Origin: the human T2T-CHM13v2.0 reference genome, Homo sapiens
Assembly: GCF_009914755.1 (NCBI RefSeq)
Contig: NC_060931.1
Strand: one strand, 5' to 3'
DNA length: 64,000 nt
Made by a program: the position numbers and the translations under genes. The notes beneath the pieces were generated by a model. That model made no database searches. It was not told the origin of the DNA and worked only from the letters and a program-made list of their open reading frames with translations. How positions within the stretch are numbered: the first letter of the stretch is position 1; each line of letters starts with the position of its first letter. Of this stretch, positions 1 to 14,192 are shown in pieces.

Positions 1-1750
1 ATCTTTTATTTTTTCCAAAATAGAAATGTCCCTATTTTTTCTTATTATAAAAGGAATTGTTAAATGTTTAAAAGTATTGAAACAGTACTGGACAGTATAC
101 ATTAAAAAGTGAATGTTTCCCATAATCTTACCCCCTACAGATGACCACTGATTACAGTTTAACACATGTTTTTCCAGAACTTGTTATTTGCAAATGTAAA
201 CCTCTATTGCTGTCTACATATTTAAAACATTTTAAATGGGATTGATTGTACTACATGTACTATTCTTTATTTTGCTTTTTCTTATTGAAAATTGTTGTTG
301 ATCTATTTCCCCTTCAGTAATGACAGTTCTGTTTCTTAGATTGTTGGTTTGTTTTGCTATTTTAATAACAGTATGAAGAAATACCTCTTTTGTATGTTTT
401 TGCACACTTCTCTATTTCCCTAGGCTAAGTTCTTACAAATAGAACTGTTAAGGGAAAGGTAATGCATATTTTAAACTTCAATATATGTTCATAAACTGCT
501 CTCTAAAAGGTTTTGCCAATTTACTCTCTTGTCAGTATTGCAGGAGAAAGTCCTTTTTGACTAACTCTTTTACAATAATATGAATAACAGTTTTTGCCAG
601 TCAGGTGAGAAAAAAGAAATGTATTTCTTTGATTATTAGTGTAGTTGAGAAGAATGTCATATGTTTGTGGGCCTTTATGTTTCTCTCGGGAACAGATTGT
701 TCATGACATGTACCTTGTTTTTCTTAAGGGTGTTTGTTTTTTCTAGTAATTTAAAGAGCTTTTAATATAGCCTTTGATACGTATGTTGTAAATATTTACA
801 TACGTCTTTTTCTTTTACCTCTTATGATGATATTTGTTGCACAAAATACCTAAAAGTTGACATATTTACACACATCCCATTCTTTTTTGCTTATGGTTTC
901 TGGCTTTTGTTTGCATGCTAAGAGTAAAAACCCCGGTCAATTTTTTTTTTTTTTTTGGATGCCAAGGCACTTTATGTGCATGTTCTTATTGAAACCTCCC
1001 AGCAACCCAATGAACAGAATACTTTAGCTTCCCTTTTATAGATGGTGGGTAATCACTTATCCAAGGCTACACCGTTTTAAATGATAGTGCCATAACACAA
1101 ATACAGGCAGTCAGATATCTCCCTAGGCCCAAGATTATTAATACAAACAAACAAGAAAATCTCCTGTATTGTAGCCACTGTGTTTTCTTTTTTTAATTGT
1201 TAAATATTTAATTCCTGTGGGGTTCACCTGTTTAATTTCATTTTCATTTTATACTGTTTATTTATATATGCACATGTGTCTACATGTTTCCTATATACTC
1301 TTATTATAATAATCATCATTTCTTTGTCAGTAAAACATTCTTTATTCTGATTTTAGAGTAATTTTTATATCTAAGGGAAAGTCTCCCTCTTTATTTTGTC
1401 TTTAAAACTTCTCTCGACTATTCACACATATCTTTTCTTCCAGAATCAACATGTAAAATTTAATGTACAAATTCTCCTTTTAAAATAGTCTGTAATTGCA
1501 CTAATTGTAATTGCACAATTATCGTCATTACAATATTTATCTTTCTATTCAGGAAAATAGTATGTCTTTTAATTAACTTTTTTAGTAAAGCTGAATAGTT
1601 AACTTCATTTAGATTTGGGGCATGCTATTGTAGGTATATTCCTGGGTTAAATTTTGATTGTGCTCATTATTGTTCACATGTACGTATGACTGCATACCAT
1701 TTTGACAGTGGGTACATGTTAAATCATTACTGTTTATGAAGTCAGTGTCC
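1..1750 (-). mobile_element. Old L1 (L1ME-type) 3' region, fragmented
   Basis: T-rich sequence with L1M antisense motifs (tttccctaggctaagttcttacaaatagaactg, ggttttgccaatttactctc, atgtatttctttgattattagtgtagttgag); boundaries approximate. Confidence 0.7.
958..1120 (-). mobile_element. MIR inside the L1M region
   Basis: gccaaggcactttatgtgc...cctcccagcaaccca...ccttttatagatg...acttatccaaggctacac matches the antisense MIR core. Confidence 0.7.
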
Positions 1751-4129
1751 ATTTTTATGAATATTATGCTAGTTCATGTCCTCTTTTTAGACATTCAGTG
1801 TTAGAGAGTGAGGAATAATTTTAATGTCTTGATGGCCAAGACTCTACTTAACCAGCTGTTGGTGACTGAAAGTCCAGTTTCCTTTAGATATGACTCATAG
1901 TTCTTGGTTGGTTCAAATTCTGGATATCAATTTAAAATTGTATTTAAAACCATAGTGGTCCTTAGGGGCCCAGAATTCTTCAAAATTGAACTGAAAGTCA
2001 CATAGCAACATGGAAATAGGCAGGAAGTCACATTTAAATTCTTAGCACAAATTAACCTCCGCAAACAGGTTTGTTCCCTGCCCTGCCACCCAGCGTGGGT
2101 GCTTGTGTCACAGTAGGTTCTGGGAAGGGTTCAGTATTCTCTTGAGATTGGGAGGCACAGAAACATCACACACATTCACATGGAGGCTCTTTCCTAATCC
2201 CTCCATTACTGCTCCCTGTCTCCCATAACCAAGAGAAAGGAGGCCTTTCTTTACAAAGCGTGACCAAAGATTGTAGAATTCGAAGTTGAATGGAGAGTGT
2301 ATAAGAAATTGAATTCCTAAAAGAAATATGAGGATGTAAAGTAATTACAATAATCAAAGAAGGTCAGAGGGAGGAGAAAGGATAATAAAGAGGAGGTAAA
2401 TAAGAACATGAAGAACATTGAACCTTCCCTTTGTCCCCCCAAAAAAAGCTGCAGAGGAAGTTGGAGGATATAGAGGATGGATGAAAGGGGCAAGACAGTA
2501 GAAAAATGCAGCAAAGTAAAGATGATGGAAGTTTAGTAAAATGGACTGATACTTACAGGCATAGTTGGCTTAAAAAAAAACCCTCACTGATCCTTTCCTT
2601 TAAACTGCTCAGTAGCTAAATAAAGAACTTGTTGATTTCTCTCTCTTTAGCAGGCTCTTTCAGTAGTACATTTTGAAGATTTCTTCATAGAACATTAGGA
2701 TATTTTACTACCTGACTGAAAGTGGATAAACAGAACTGGAAGATTTCTGCTTTGCACATTTCTGAAGCTTTATTTTATCCTTATATAGGTAAAGAGAGAA
2801 GTTATACACTGAGTATGCCAAAATGACCACATGCTTCACACTTGCACTACCTCTTTTTATGAATCTAAATTTGGAGTTTTCAAAACCTCCTGTTTAAAAA
2901 TACATCCCAAAAGACTTCTGCTTATTGCACATTTTGTTCCTGTCCTGTACAACTGAGATTTTCATTTATAATTCTTTTTGGAATGTTTTTCTTTTTGTCA
3001 TAAATACAAAAGGAAGCTATTGACATATAATCCTTCATTATGTTTTATGCAGTAGCATCATAATTCTCAAATTTTGAGAATATATATTTTTTCTTTCAAG
3101 TCTAGAGACAAATCTTACAAGAAAGTTTAATTATGTGTTCATGCATATACATGGAATCTTAAATATAATTGAATGAATAAAAATTAAGTTGCCACAAATT
3201 AGTTTATGCAGGCATCTTTCACTTAAAAGATAGTTTGGAGGAGAAAAAATTCACTGACAGGTTTTTCTATTATATGATTTATATTTTCCTGTTGGATTTC
3301 ATGATAAAGTTACAGTTTCATTTTATCAAAGGGAAAACTTGTTCCTTGATTTTTAAATAGGAAGTCATATTCAGAGATACATTAGTCCTTTTAAAATAAC
3401 ATATTTAAACATAAAATAGTAATCTTATAAAATTTATTAAGTCATACTTAGAGTATTAACTGTTTTCTGTTATGCTCAATAAAAATTATAAATTAAAAAT
3501 GAGGGTACCAGAAACTCTTAAAATATAATAATCTATCTCTCCTAATTTTACTCATAATATAATTCATTAACCCATTATTCCATCTTCCAAAATGCTAACT
3601 TGCCTCTTTCCAGCTATCTTGAAATGTACTTAACTGTAACATATCTATACTTTAATGTATGTCACTGAATAAGATAAATTTAGAGTATGTGAAGTTTAAG
3701 GCTGAATGTTTTGTGGAATTGTTCTTTAAACTAACCCAAAATACCACCTTTAGACTGCTATAGCTGATACTGGAGCATGTTTCTTGTCTCAAGGAGCAAA
3801 TAATCTTTCTAATATTAAACCCCAGAATCAGAGAGATGTACCCATCCAGTTTTGGGAGTGGTGGACAACTGCAGGCTCCCCTGCAGGGAAAAGACTTGGC
3901 CCCTGTGAGACATACAGCACCTGGAGGTTGAGCACATGCTCCCTGTAGGTGAGCTAACTCCCAGGAAAAAAAAAAGGGATAGAAGAGGCAGACTATACAT
4001 TGCCCTTTTTAAATCTACCAGGTCAGTCACTCCTCCTGGAAGAATAAGTGTCACGCTAGTAGTGCTCCTTCCATAAAAAAAACTAAAGGAGTGGGGAAGA
4101 ATCATTCCCTCCCATAGCAATAATGATGT

Positions 4130-4570
4130 GTGTAAGACAGAGTTGATGAAAAAGGAAGTATGGAATATGGTGGGAACATAGCCTAGCCTAGGGGTTCATT
4201 GGAAGTGATATTTCAGCTGAAGGAATAGGGAGTAGGATTGAGGAAGGTGGGTTTGGGCAAGAAGAAAGATGTCTTAACACATCTGTGGAATTTACAGCAA
4301 TTCAGCATGGCCGGTTACAGCCTAGGCTAAGAGACAGAATCTGGAGTGATATAGCAGGATATGTAGGCAGTGACCAGATCTCAGAGTGAGTTGTGAGTCA
4401 AATTCAGATGAATAAAGGGCAACAGAAACATTTGAAGGGTTTCAAATAGAGCGATGACAGAATCAGATTTATGTTTTGAGGGGACAATCATTCTAACTGT
4501 AATTTGGAGGGAAGCAAAGCTAGAGAGAGAAAGATCTATTAGTGGTATGCAAGGAAAGGAGGTTTGTGGG
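4130..4570 (-). mobile_element. L2 fragment
   Basis: Purine-rich L2 antisense motifs (gaagtgatatttcagctgaagga; catttgaagggtttc...gatgacagaatcagatttatgtttt). Confidence 0.65.
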
Positions 4571-5124
4571 AGGGGACGTGTAGATTAGTATAGTTTTATA
4601 AATTTTGCCCTTGAAGAGCAAGACATTCAAATAAAGTTGTTAAGAAAGTTAGATGGGTGCATACACATAAGTCTTTCTGTGAATGCCTTTTATTTGAAAT
4701 ACTGATCAATGGGTTTATGTTAAAGCTAGGGTAGCCATAAATTTAATTAGCCTTCTCCCATTTTGATAGAGACTTTGTAATCCTTCTGAGTATTTTCTTT
4801 AGTTTTCTGATGAATCCACTTATTTAAATAAAATTATTCAGTTAAAAATTTTTTTGAAAGAATATAAAAATTCGCTGTTTCCTGCCACTGTTTACTACAA
4901 GATACTGTTGATATGTGGTAAGTGTTCTGGTTTATGGGAGGAGAAAGGAAAGTTTAAGTTCATTTTTGGGAAGACACATTTCCATTGACATTGAACTTGC
5001 TAAAATTGCATGATCACACACAAAGTGATTGCACAGCAATTTTTTTTTTTAGTTGCTGCCAATATACAACTATTTAAAGGCTGGACTATTTCAAAAGATA
5101 ATAATTTGTTATCAACATTCTTAG

Positions 5125-5196
5125 GTGCAGATAAAGAGCCTGGAACCATGTCTGATAAAACCCTTCCCAATTTACACCAGAAAGTCTTTGGCAAAG
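5125..5196 (+). other. Candidate 72-nt cassette exon (unverified)
   Basis: Acceptor ...caacattcttag|G, donor AAG|GTAATC, length divisible by 3, open in two frames, contains accATGt. Confidence 0.2.
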
Positions 5197-6506
5197 GTAA
5201 TCTTGTGCTGCTTAGCTGAAGGCCCTTCAGTATCAACTAATAATGTAGCCTGCTGCCTGCTGTCATTTTTTCACTATTAGAAATATTATCATATTACTAT
5301 TTTTGTACCTTTTGTGTAATGTTATAATAGCTTCTAAAGGTTTTCTCCTAATATTTTGAGAACTTTTGTTTGCATTCTTGATTTGAAACAGTGTGACCTG
5401 TTAGTGCCTATCGGATGAATTATACTCTTTGAATGTCTCTTTTTCTAAGCCGCTGTGCTAATACACTTTTTATTCATTTTCCCCTGTGTTATAATAACTA
5501 TGTTTAAGTCTCATGGCAATCTTCTTTAGTCTATATATGCTGAAAAGATTTATTTGCATTTCTATCCAGAATAAATCAAAATAAATTTTGCTGGAAATGG
5601 CATCATGTGAATTGAGTTTCTTTAGCTTGCAATTTTTAATCATTGTGCTTTATCTGGTGGAAATGTTAATGTTTAGTGGCAAAAGAATTGTAAACAGTGT
5701 TTAACACACCTTTAGTCACAGACACTTTCATAGAATAAAGGGGGTTGTTTAATACTCCAAGAATTACTATTCTTATTTGAATTTTATTTCTATTGTTGCC
5801 AAGTCATTTTTTAAAAAGAAAAATGATCCCAGAAGTAGATAACCTTTTTTTTTTTTAATAAAGCAGATAAACTTACTGAAAATGACGTATAAAACTCAAT
5901 TTTTCTGGTAGGTACATACTCTTTTGATTAAAAGTTATCTTAAACGCCACATACCTGAAAACACAGTTTTACCCATTCAACAATCTTGATGTTCACTGTC
6001 ACTGTGATAAAGGAAATCCAAGATATTAGATAGCAATATTCTAGAGAAAAATAAACAAATTATATTTCCTTCCCCTGATGAAGTTGTCTAGAAAGCTCAT
6101 CCAGGCCATGGGGTGAGACCAAGAAGTGAGAAGTTCTAGTGTCTGAAAGGAACTGCAGTTGAAGGACTTTATTCTTAGCATTATATATATGTATTTTTTT
6201 AACCTCTCTTTGGTTCTCAGATCAACACCAAAATGCATGTGCTCACCTTCTCTTGTCTTTATGTTTTCAGTAGGAGGAAGGCTGGCATTAGCAATACAAC
6301 TTTGAACTCAGGAAGAAAGTTTAGCCTGAAAAAGATAGGCTGACTAGGGTAAAGTTTGCAGCCTTCCAAACTAGCCTGTTATCTTTATAAGTTTATGAGG
6401 TAGTAAAATGGAACCAACATTTCTAACAGAATACAGTCGTGTGAGCCTGTCATTCTGAAAGGGACTTTATGTGTGCTGAGGTCAAAATCCAGTATGGGAA
6501 CCCATG

Positions 6507-6682
6507 CAGGGCAGGATCCAGGTTTTGTGGCTTATTAGACTTGTGCAGTTTCATGGGGCCCTCTTTAAGAAAAAGAATGTGGAATTACAAATGCAAAATT
6601 AGTGAAAAGATCTCGGAAGGGGCCTATGCAAGGAAAGGGCCCTGTACTTAAACTTCATTAATTCACAATAAATTCACTTCTA
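6507..6682. mobile_element. MER53 (hAT non-autonomous)
   Basis: cagggcaggatccaggttttgtgg...ggggccctctttaagaaaaagaat...gggccctgtacttaaacttcattaattcacaataaattcacttct. Confidence 0.8.
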
Positions 6683-6759
6683 ACCTCATACATAAACCTG
6701 TATCTAATAAGTTAAATTGTGAATTGATAATACAGCTAAATATTTTAAAATGAGATTGA

Positions 6760-6955
6760 ATGTCACATTCTTGAGGAAACCTTCCCTGATTGCTTTCTTT
6801 GTAATGCCACTGTGTCACATATACATGGTGTGGTAACGATCCATTTACCCATCTAATTTGCTCATTAGATTCTAAGCTGCAGACTGGCTAGGATGTCTTG
6901 CCCACTGCTGTATCTTTTGTGCCTAGCACAGTGCTTAGAAAATTGTAGTTGTTAA
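6760..6955 (+). mobile_element. L2 3' end
   Basis: ggaaaccttccctga...attagattctaagct...cactgctgtatc...gtgcctagcacagtgct. Confidence 0.7.
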
Positions 6956-7005
6956 AAGTAGAGTGCAGGGATGCTGGAGTCACAACACCTTCGAACGTAT
7001 TCCAG

Positions 7006-7119
7006 CAGCAGGCTCGGTGCCGTGCCTGATGTGCCGAAAGGTGCCTCTAGTGCTATTACAATGCAGACACAGTTTCCATCAATCATATGGACAGCAGCTG
7101 CCAAGTTCTCTTTTACTTG
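7006..7119 (+). other. Candidate 114-nt exon / CpG-retaining unique element (unverified)
   Basis: NAGNAGNAG acceptor (tccag-cag-cag), donor TTG|GTGAGT, 5 CpGs within 6991-7040. Confidence 0.15.
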
Positions 7120-7779
7120 GTGAGTTATGGATGGCAAAGATGTCTTTCAACTATGCACAAAAATTGGTAAAGAACTGGCTAGGTGTCCATCCGTCAGGTA
7201 GGAAGGAGTGATTATAACTGATCTGAAGGTAGAGTGAGATACAAAATGCCCTCTGAGGATATTTTACTTATTCCTGAGAGCTGCTGCTGTCTTTGAACAC
7301 CTTTGAACATTTACTTTTTAAGACAATTAGATCAAGGGAAAAAATCATGGAAAGCATGATTCAAAGATCAAATTCTTCAATTTGATGAAGTCACACTTCA
7401 TCTAACTGGGTCATTGATTTTAAACCAGAAGCCTATTTACTAATTTTACAGCAAAGATATTTAACTGTTTCTACAAGTCATCATAATAAATGTTATTTCT
7501 AATGAACAGTGTCTTGAACTTAAATAAGAGAGAGAAAAATAGTGGCATTTCCTCTACTCCCCAAATAATTCTATTATTGCTTAAGTTTAGTGTTTATAAG
7601 ATTTAAAAATAATGGGTGCAGGTTGGGATGAGGATCTATATAACCATGGTGGATTATTTTTAATACTGAGAAAAACATAGGATAAATTCTGCAAGTACTA
7701 TACTTTTTCTGCCAAAGGAGAAACATCCTAAAACAAGAAACTTAGGGGCTGATTTAAGAAAAAGCTGGATGAAAGATGT

Positions 7780-7943
7780 CCAGACCAGCTACATAATTTA
7801 TAGTGCCCAGTGAAAAATGAAAATGTGGGAATCCTGGTTAAAAACTGTTAATAGTTTCAAGTCAGCAACAGCAGAGCATTGAACCAAGTGTGGGGCTCTT
7901 CTAAGCTTGGGGCACATGTTACGTGCCCACGAAGCTAGCCCTT
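7780..7943. mobile_element. MER45A (hAT-Tip100)
   Basis: ccagctacataattt...gcccagtgaaaaatgaaaatg...cagcagagcattgaaccaag...cccacgaagctagccct; 8-bp TSD aaagatgt (7772-7779) / aaagatgc (7944-7951). Confidence 0.85.
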
Positions 7944-8820
7944 AAAGATGCCTTTGCGTGGTTCCTGAGAGCTGCTGTCAAAGACCGTATTCACCATGTA
8001 ACCTGGTGAATTGCAAAGAAAAATTCACATGATAAATTCCTCTTTGTTCTCAGCACCAGAATAGCATTTATCACCCGAAATGACCTATTACGTTCCTGTA
8101 ATTGAGCAATAGGAGCTACCAGAATTAAATGTTGTGCTCAAATGAGGTCGTTTTGCTCAGTCTGGGTTTTGGGATGCCATTTCGTTGTTGCTATTTGACT
8201 TTGATTTTATATGCAATGTTAATGGGTTTTGGTCTTTGTGTTCTAAGGCATCTCAAATCCTTTTTTGGAAGTAGAGACAGTACGTAAGTAAACAAAACTC
8301 TTAAAAGTAGTTTTAAAAGTTGATTTTAAAAGCCTATCATCAACATTATTCACTGATGGCAGTAATAGCTCTATTAATGAGATTAATGCGTTCCAACAAC
8401 ATAATTATTTTTTAGAGACTTCATAACTACAGGCAGAAATAATCCAGGAAAGCAGAAGGATGTGTTCCACATAAGCAAGAATATATAACAAATTTTAAAT
8501 AGTGAGAAAAGTATCTTTGTCTTAAGCAAAGCTCAGGCAACTAAGGTTAATGGAGGTGAAGGTTGGGGCTAGTTTATAATTGGGAATGGAAAGCCCACTG
8601 GGGACAAGCTTAGAGCGAGGGAACTGCTGGCAGACAACCCTTTGCTGTGGTGATACAGGCTCACTTCAGAAAATGTAACATATACTCTTTTATTCCCTGA
8701 AGTTTCCAGGAGCCTTAGCTGGGATCCCAGAACAGTAAGGAACCAGTCTGGCCTTACAGTGTGCATTTGTGCATTCTTCCCCAATCATCCCACAAGAATT
8801 AAATTGGATTGCCCTTTAAG

Positions 8821-8995
8821 CAGGGCTGCCATGTTCAGTTGTGGAAGATTTTCCATTGCATAGACTCATTGGGTAAAAGGCAGTGGCATCTGCGTTTCTC
8901 CCCACTTTACGGCGATCAAGCTGCATCCCCTCTCATGGGGCTGTGCTCCCCACTACACCAGTCCCAAGAAGAGGCACCATATGGGCTAGTGTTTA
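8821..8995. mobile_element. MER91-like hAT element
   Basis: Starts cagggctgccatgttcagttgtg, resembling the MER91 terminus; diverged. Confidence 0.45.
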
Positions 8996-10952
8996 GGACT
9001 ACCTGAGTCAGCTAGATAGGCTTAGTAGGCAACCTAAGTATTCAAGAATCCCTTAAAGTGAGAAAATGCCTTTCCTTATCAGGAATAAAAAACATTGCCA
9101 ATTAGAGAGCTCTAGAAAGTGAAAATATTTTGAGTTAATTTTAAGTATGAATGAGTGCTAATTAGAGTGGAATTTTAACAGCAGTCATTCTCCACTTTTT
9201 GATAAGATTATGGGATGTGAAGGACCAGAGCCTCTATGTGGGAGTTGGGAGCTAGGAAATGCAGAAAATTGATGCAGAAGGAAATAGCGTTTCTCATTAC
9301 GTTGGCTTTGGTTTACATGCCTCCTTCCTAAAGGACTTGTTAATTTAACTATTACTTGTATATGTTAATTGAAGTACTACTCGATTTGAGTGTAATTTTC
9401 TCTAAGTTTTTCTTATCCTTTGGTACAAAGAAATCATTTGTATTCCATTGTTAAAACTGATGAAAACATGTGAAATCATACATGAAGACATGGAAAGATA
9501 CAAACTGAAAAATGAGTTAACATTGTTGTAATATTAAATGGGAACAAATTAATTTCCATCGAAGGTAAAATAATGAGTGCATTTGTGATTTTTGTTGCTT
9601 ACTCATCATAATTATGAGACATTATATTTAAGCACATATAAAATAAGCACACTTTCACATTTAAAACTCTAGTGATCTTCTGTATGGAACTTACACTGAA
9701 ATAACTGCCCTAGCTGGGGTCGTCTCCCTCCTTGATTCCATCGGGCTTGGCTGCCTTCCCTCAATATGTGTTGAGTGACTACTGTGTGCCACGTTTGTTC
9801 CTAGAGGATCCAAAACCCAAACCAGAAGCTCCCAGGGTTGCAGTGTAATTAATATGGGGTGTAATTATAGCCTTTTATGATAGTCTGTTTCTTTCCTTGT
9901 TACTGTAGTCCCAACACTTCCTGAGATGTGCCCTTTAACCAAGTTTGTCCCAAGCCTCCACATCTTAGGAAAATTATAAACTTTTCTGTGTTCTGTCTTT
10001 TCTGTAAAACCTTTACCTGTCCCCCTAGTTGGACCTAATCACTTCCTCCCTGGTGTTTCACAGAGCGCCTCAAAATTTACTTTTCTATCGTAGTTATTTC
10101 TATTTGTGTTTTTATCCCCCACTAGGTTTCAATGTCCCTAGAGGCATGGATTCTAATGAATTCTTGTATCTCTATTGCTCATGATATTTGCAGAATGCAT
10201 TTCTCATAATTGGTACTTACTCAAAAATATAGCATATTACACAAATCAGATTGGATTACAATAATGGTTTGCATGCCACCAGTTCAGGGACACAGGTTGT
10301 TGACCCCAAATACTGTAGAGCCAGGTTGAGTTACTGTCAGCATTCTTAATTCATGTTTACTGCATAACAGAAAATTTAATGCCCTTTGCCCAATTCCTGA
10401 ATAAATCCACTATTATCATTCTCTGCTCCCCTTTCTAATCTGCTATCCATGCAAACATCATTTCCATTAATTTATGAGCATAGGTTCATAATAAACAGTT
10501 TTGCGTGCTGTACTCTTCTCTCAGATATCTAGGAGACTCAATTAAACTAAAGGAATAAGCAATTTTGTCTATAAGTATAAACTTCTGAAAAATTGTTGCC
10601 CCCAAACAGCCTTTAAATTCTGAGAGAAGCATGTCTAGAGGTTTCTTATCAAGCTTCAGAAAGTACATCCTTCTGAACATTTTTAATGGCAGCTCATAAT
10701 TGCTGCCCATATACATCAGAGGATTACCTAAACTGGGCTTTTCCTGCAGTGAAACAGTGTCTAATAATTTGAGATGAAATTCTAATTATTTTAATGAGAT
10801 TTTTCTGCTTCTTGGCATCAAGCAATTTGTTTTACACCTTTACTCATTATTTTTCATTTTTGAGGACTTAAATAGAAGAGACATGACAGAATAGGAGTCC
10901 TGTTTCATCTCTTGGACCATTAATTATGCCAAGGCGGTTTCAGTACTGATGA

Positions 10953-11314
<362 letters not shown>

Positions 11315-12354
11315 TCATTCTTTATACTTCAAACAAGTTTTCTTAGAAAACCATTAATCACTAAACTATGGATTAAATAGTGACAATAATGGAAATATAA
11401 CCAAGAACAAATTGTTCATGGTTGGTTTCTCCAAGGATTTGACAGCTAATTTATAAAACAAGTTGTTTTTGTTCAGCAGGACTTTTGTGACTAAAGTAAA
11501 ATTGCTTTGGCAAAAGGCTCAGCAATATTCTATAGCCTGTAGGGGAACGGAGCACACACAGACCTTCCTCCTTCTTTCTTGACCCTCTTTCCTTGCCACT
11601 TTTTGCAAGATTTCAATTTGCATACCTGTCCTGACTTGTTGCCAGCATGTGCCCTTGAAACAGTTACTAAGTTTGCTAGTATAAAAGGTTCTGAAATTTG
11701 TTTTATCTTGTCAACACAAGGTCCACATTGGAGAGCTTTCAAGACATACTGTAGGAAACTTGGCAAATAGGTAAACCAAGTTTTTTTTTTTCTTAAGTTT
11801 GGTCTTCATTTTATATAGTCATCTGCATCAATTACATTCATAGTTTCATAATCCAAACAAACACTGACATAAAATATGTAAGGGTTGCTTTCTTAATCTG
11901 GACGTTTTCACCTTTGTTGGTTCTTCAGTTTGCCTAGCTGGGTGATGTGTGTTAGATTACGTAGTTGTGTGTACAAAGCGAGAGCTTTCTCCCTTCCAGA
12001 CACATGTTATATGAGGGAGGCAGTGTACCAGGTATTACAGAGTGCTGGTAATTAAGCCTGTGCTGGGAAAAGTAGGGCCAAAACCAAGAACACATCTTGG
12101 ATGCTTCCCTCAAGGGTCTTAGGTGTAGTTGGGGAACATAATTGTATTTAAAATTGTGAATAACAGTAAAAAGCAGTGACTGATAAATTGCCAATATGTA
12201 GAAGAGAGAATAAGTGTTATAGAAATCTAGAGAAGGGGTAGGTAGGCTAGAGTGGCCAAACTAATGTTATTTCTTAGAAATTGAACTGACCGTTTTCCTC
12301 ATTCATTCTTTTATTCCATCTACTCATTTATTATTAACCACCTTATTAATAAAA

Positions 12355-12535
12355 AGCAGCTAACCTTTATTTAGCTGCTCAGGCACTGAGTATTATATGT
12401 ACAACTCATTTAATATGCCATCGTTTTGCAGATTAGGAATCCGAGGCATAGCATTTGACCAACTTGATAATGAGTGGAAGAGACTGGTGAGAAACCAAGT
12501 CTGTGTACTCCAGAGCCTGGCTCTTAACCAGCATG
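12355..12535 (-). mobile_element. MIR
   Basis: caggcactgag...ctcatttaat...ttttgcagattaggaatccgaggc...aaccaagtctgtgtactccagagcctggctcttaacca. Confidence 0.75.
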
Positions 12536-12809
12536 TCCTATTGTTTTTTGCCTAACATTTGCTGACAGCTTGTCAAGTAGTAGGTTCACAGAGACAGCTG
12601 GGATATAGAGATAGTGGAACAAAATCCCTCCATTTGAGAAACCACAGAAGTAAGTTTGAAGGCCAAGGATTCTGTTGCAGGACAGTGATGGTAGCTTCTG
12701 AATTCAGGGGAGGCACACCTGTGGGAACATTTGGAGATGGAGAGAAGGAAGTTAATGACCAGGTGGTAGAGGACTTTGAAAGCCAGAATGTGGGGTTTTT
12801 GTTTCATCC

Positions 12810-12995
12810 ATAGCTTCACATGTCATCTTAGGACCCTCTATTTGGGATCCCCCCAGAGCTTGTGAAAAAAGCCCCTTTGGGATCCTTTGCCCAGAGCTCT
12901 TGTTCAGATTCTTCTTAGGGGTAGGGCTCTGAAATTTGCATTTTAATCAAGCACCCTAGATGATTGTTATCCCATTTGATGTGGAAAATCACTGC
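12810..12995. mobile_element. MER5-family hAT element
   Basis: ggggtagggctctgaaatttgcattttaatcaagcaccctagatgatt...gaaaatcactg. Confidence 0.6.
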
Positions 12996-13193
12996 TGCAG
13001 ATAAAGGAGTACATATGGTAAAACACCATATTTGTTTATATTTTAATATGTTTTGCTTAAATGAAAACATTTTTGTGTGGTATAAAAAAGAGAAAATCTT
13101 TATCACTTTATCAAAATCTGACTATCACTATATTGAAGTTTACCAGAGGTATATTGGAAATATACCTCCGAGAGACCCAGTATGTCTTATAGG

Positions 13194-13347
13194 CAGTGGT
13201 ATTCTGGTAAATGTTTTAACAACGAACTCTCTGAAAACAATGCACAAGTTTTGATTTGTAGCATTTGTTGATTTCAAGGTACCAACTTAATGTCACTGAA
13301 CATGGGGTTAGGAAGAGATGTACACAGTTGGGTCCGGTTCCCCACTG
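13194..13347. mobile_element. MER63A-like (hAT-Blackjack)
   Basis: cagtggtattctggtaaatgttttaacaac...gatttgtagcatttg...gtcactgaacatgg...ccactg terminal inverted repeat. Confidence 0.7.
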
Positions 13348-13514
13348 CCTAACTGCCTATGAGTTTGACCAGTGAGTGACCGGCAGTATTAGAAGTATTA
13401 GTGAGTATTTACAAGAAAAAATATTTATATGTATCCAGGTTTTATAAACTTTTAACCACTTAGGCTGATTGGAAGTTATTTGCATCATAACTTAACTTTA
13501 ATCCTTAACTATTT

Positions 13515-13700
13515 TCAAAGCATGATCTCATACATTACCTTTGAATTTTGCAAATATTCTGTGAGATTGCCATGGCAGGGAAGATATTAGCCTTATTTTG
13601 TAGTCGAGAAAATTGAGAGCAAGTAAATTTAAAGAACTTACCTAAGGTCACAATGCTATTAAGAGACAAAGACTGATTATTTCTAGTCATTTCTCTTCAC
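13515..13700 (-). mobile_element. MIR
   Basis: ttattttgtagtcgagaaaattgag...tttaaagaacttacctaaggtcacaatgcta. Confidence 0.6.
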
Positions 13701-14022
13701 TGTATACTGGATCAATACTATGTAACAAGCTACAGGTTACAACCAAGGGGGCCTATGTGTACAATGCTAAGATACTGACACTAAGGATATAGTGAAATCA
13801 TAATTTGGGTATATTAGTAGAGGTGCTTCTACAACTGCACATTTCTTTGCATTATACTGTATGAATCATCGTCAAGTTGAGACAGGTAGGGTACTCCTTC
13901 CACCCTCACTGGAGTTGTTTTGTTGTCAAACGCAGAGATGATAAACTTGAGAGAAACAGTTCAGAGACTGGAAAAAGACCAATGAGGAGCTAATGTCACC
14001 TGGAAGAGTCTTATCCTTGTTC

Positions 14023-14192
14023 CAGTGGCTCTCATTGCATGATCCCTGAGACCTCCTGCAGCATCAGCATCAACTAGGAACTTGTTAGCAATGCAGATCC
14101 TTGGGTCCCCACCTCAGACCTGCACACACTGTGGGCTGTAATCGACAAGTCTTCCAGGTGACTTTGTTGCTTCCTGAAGTTTGAGAAGAGCC
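14023..14192. mobile_element. MER5A
   Basis: cagtggctctca...gcagcatcagcatcaactaggaacttgttagcaatgcagatccttgggtccccacctcagacct...ccaggtga...aagtttgagaa. Confidence 0.8.

Noticed and set aside
2300-2530. Purine-rich tract
   Set aside because: Low-complexity sequence, possibly an old repeat; the overlapping ORFs are compositional artefacts.
6070-6120. Hammerhead-like CTGATGA...GAAA (also checked 7026, 9457, 10946)
   Set aside because: Stem II closing pair, stem III or the UH cleavage site are missing in every case.
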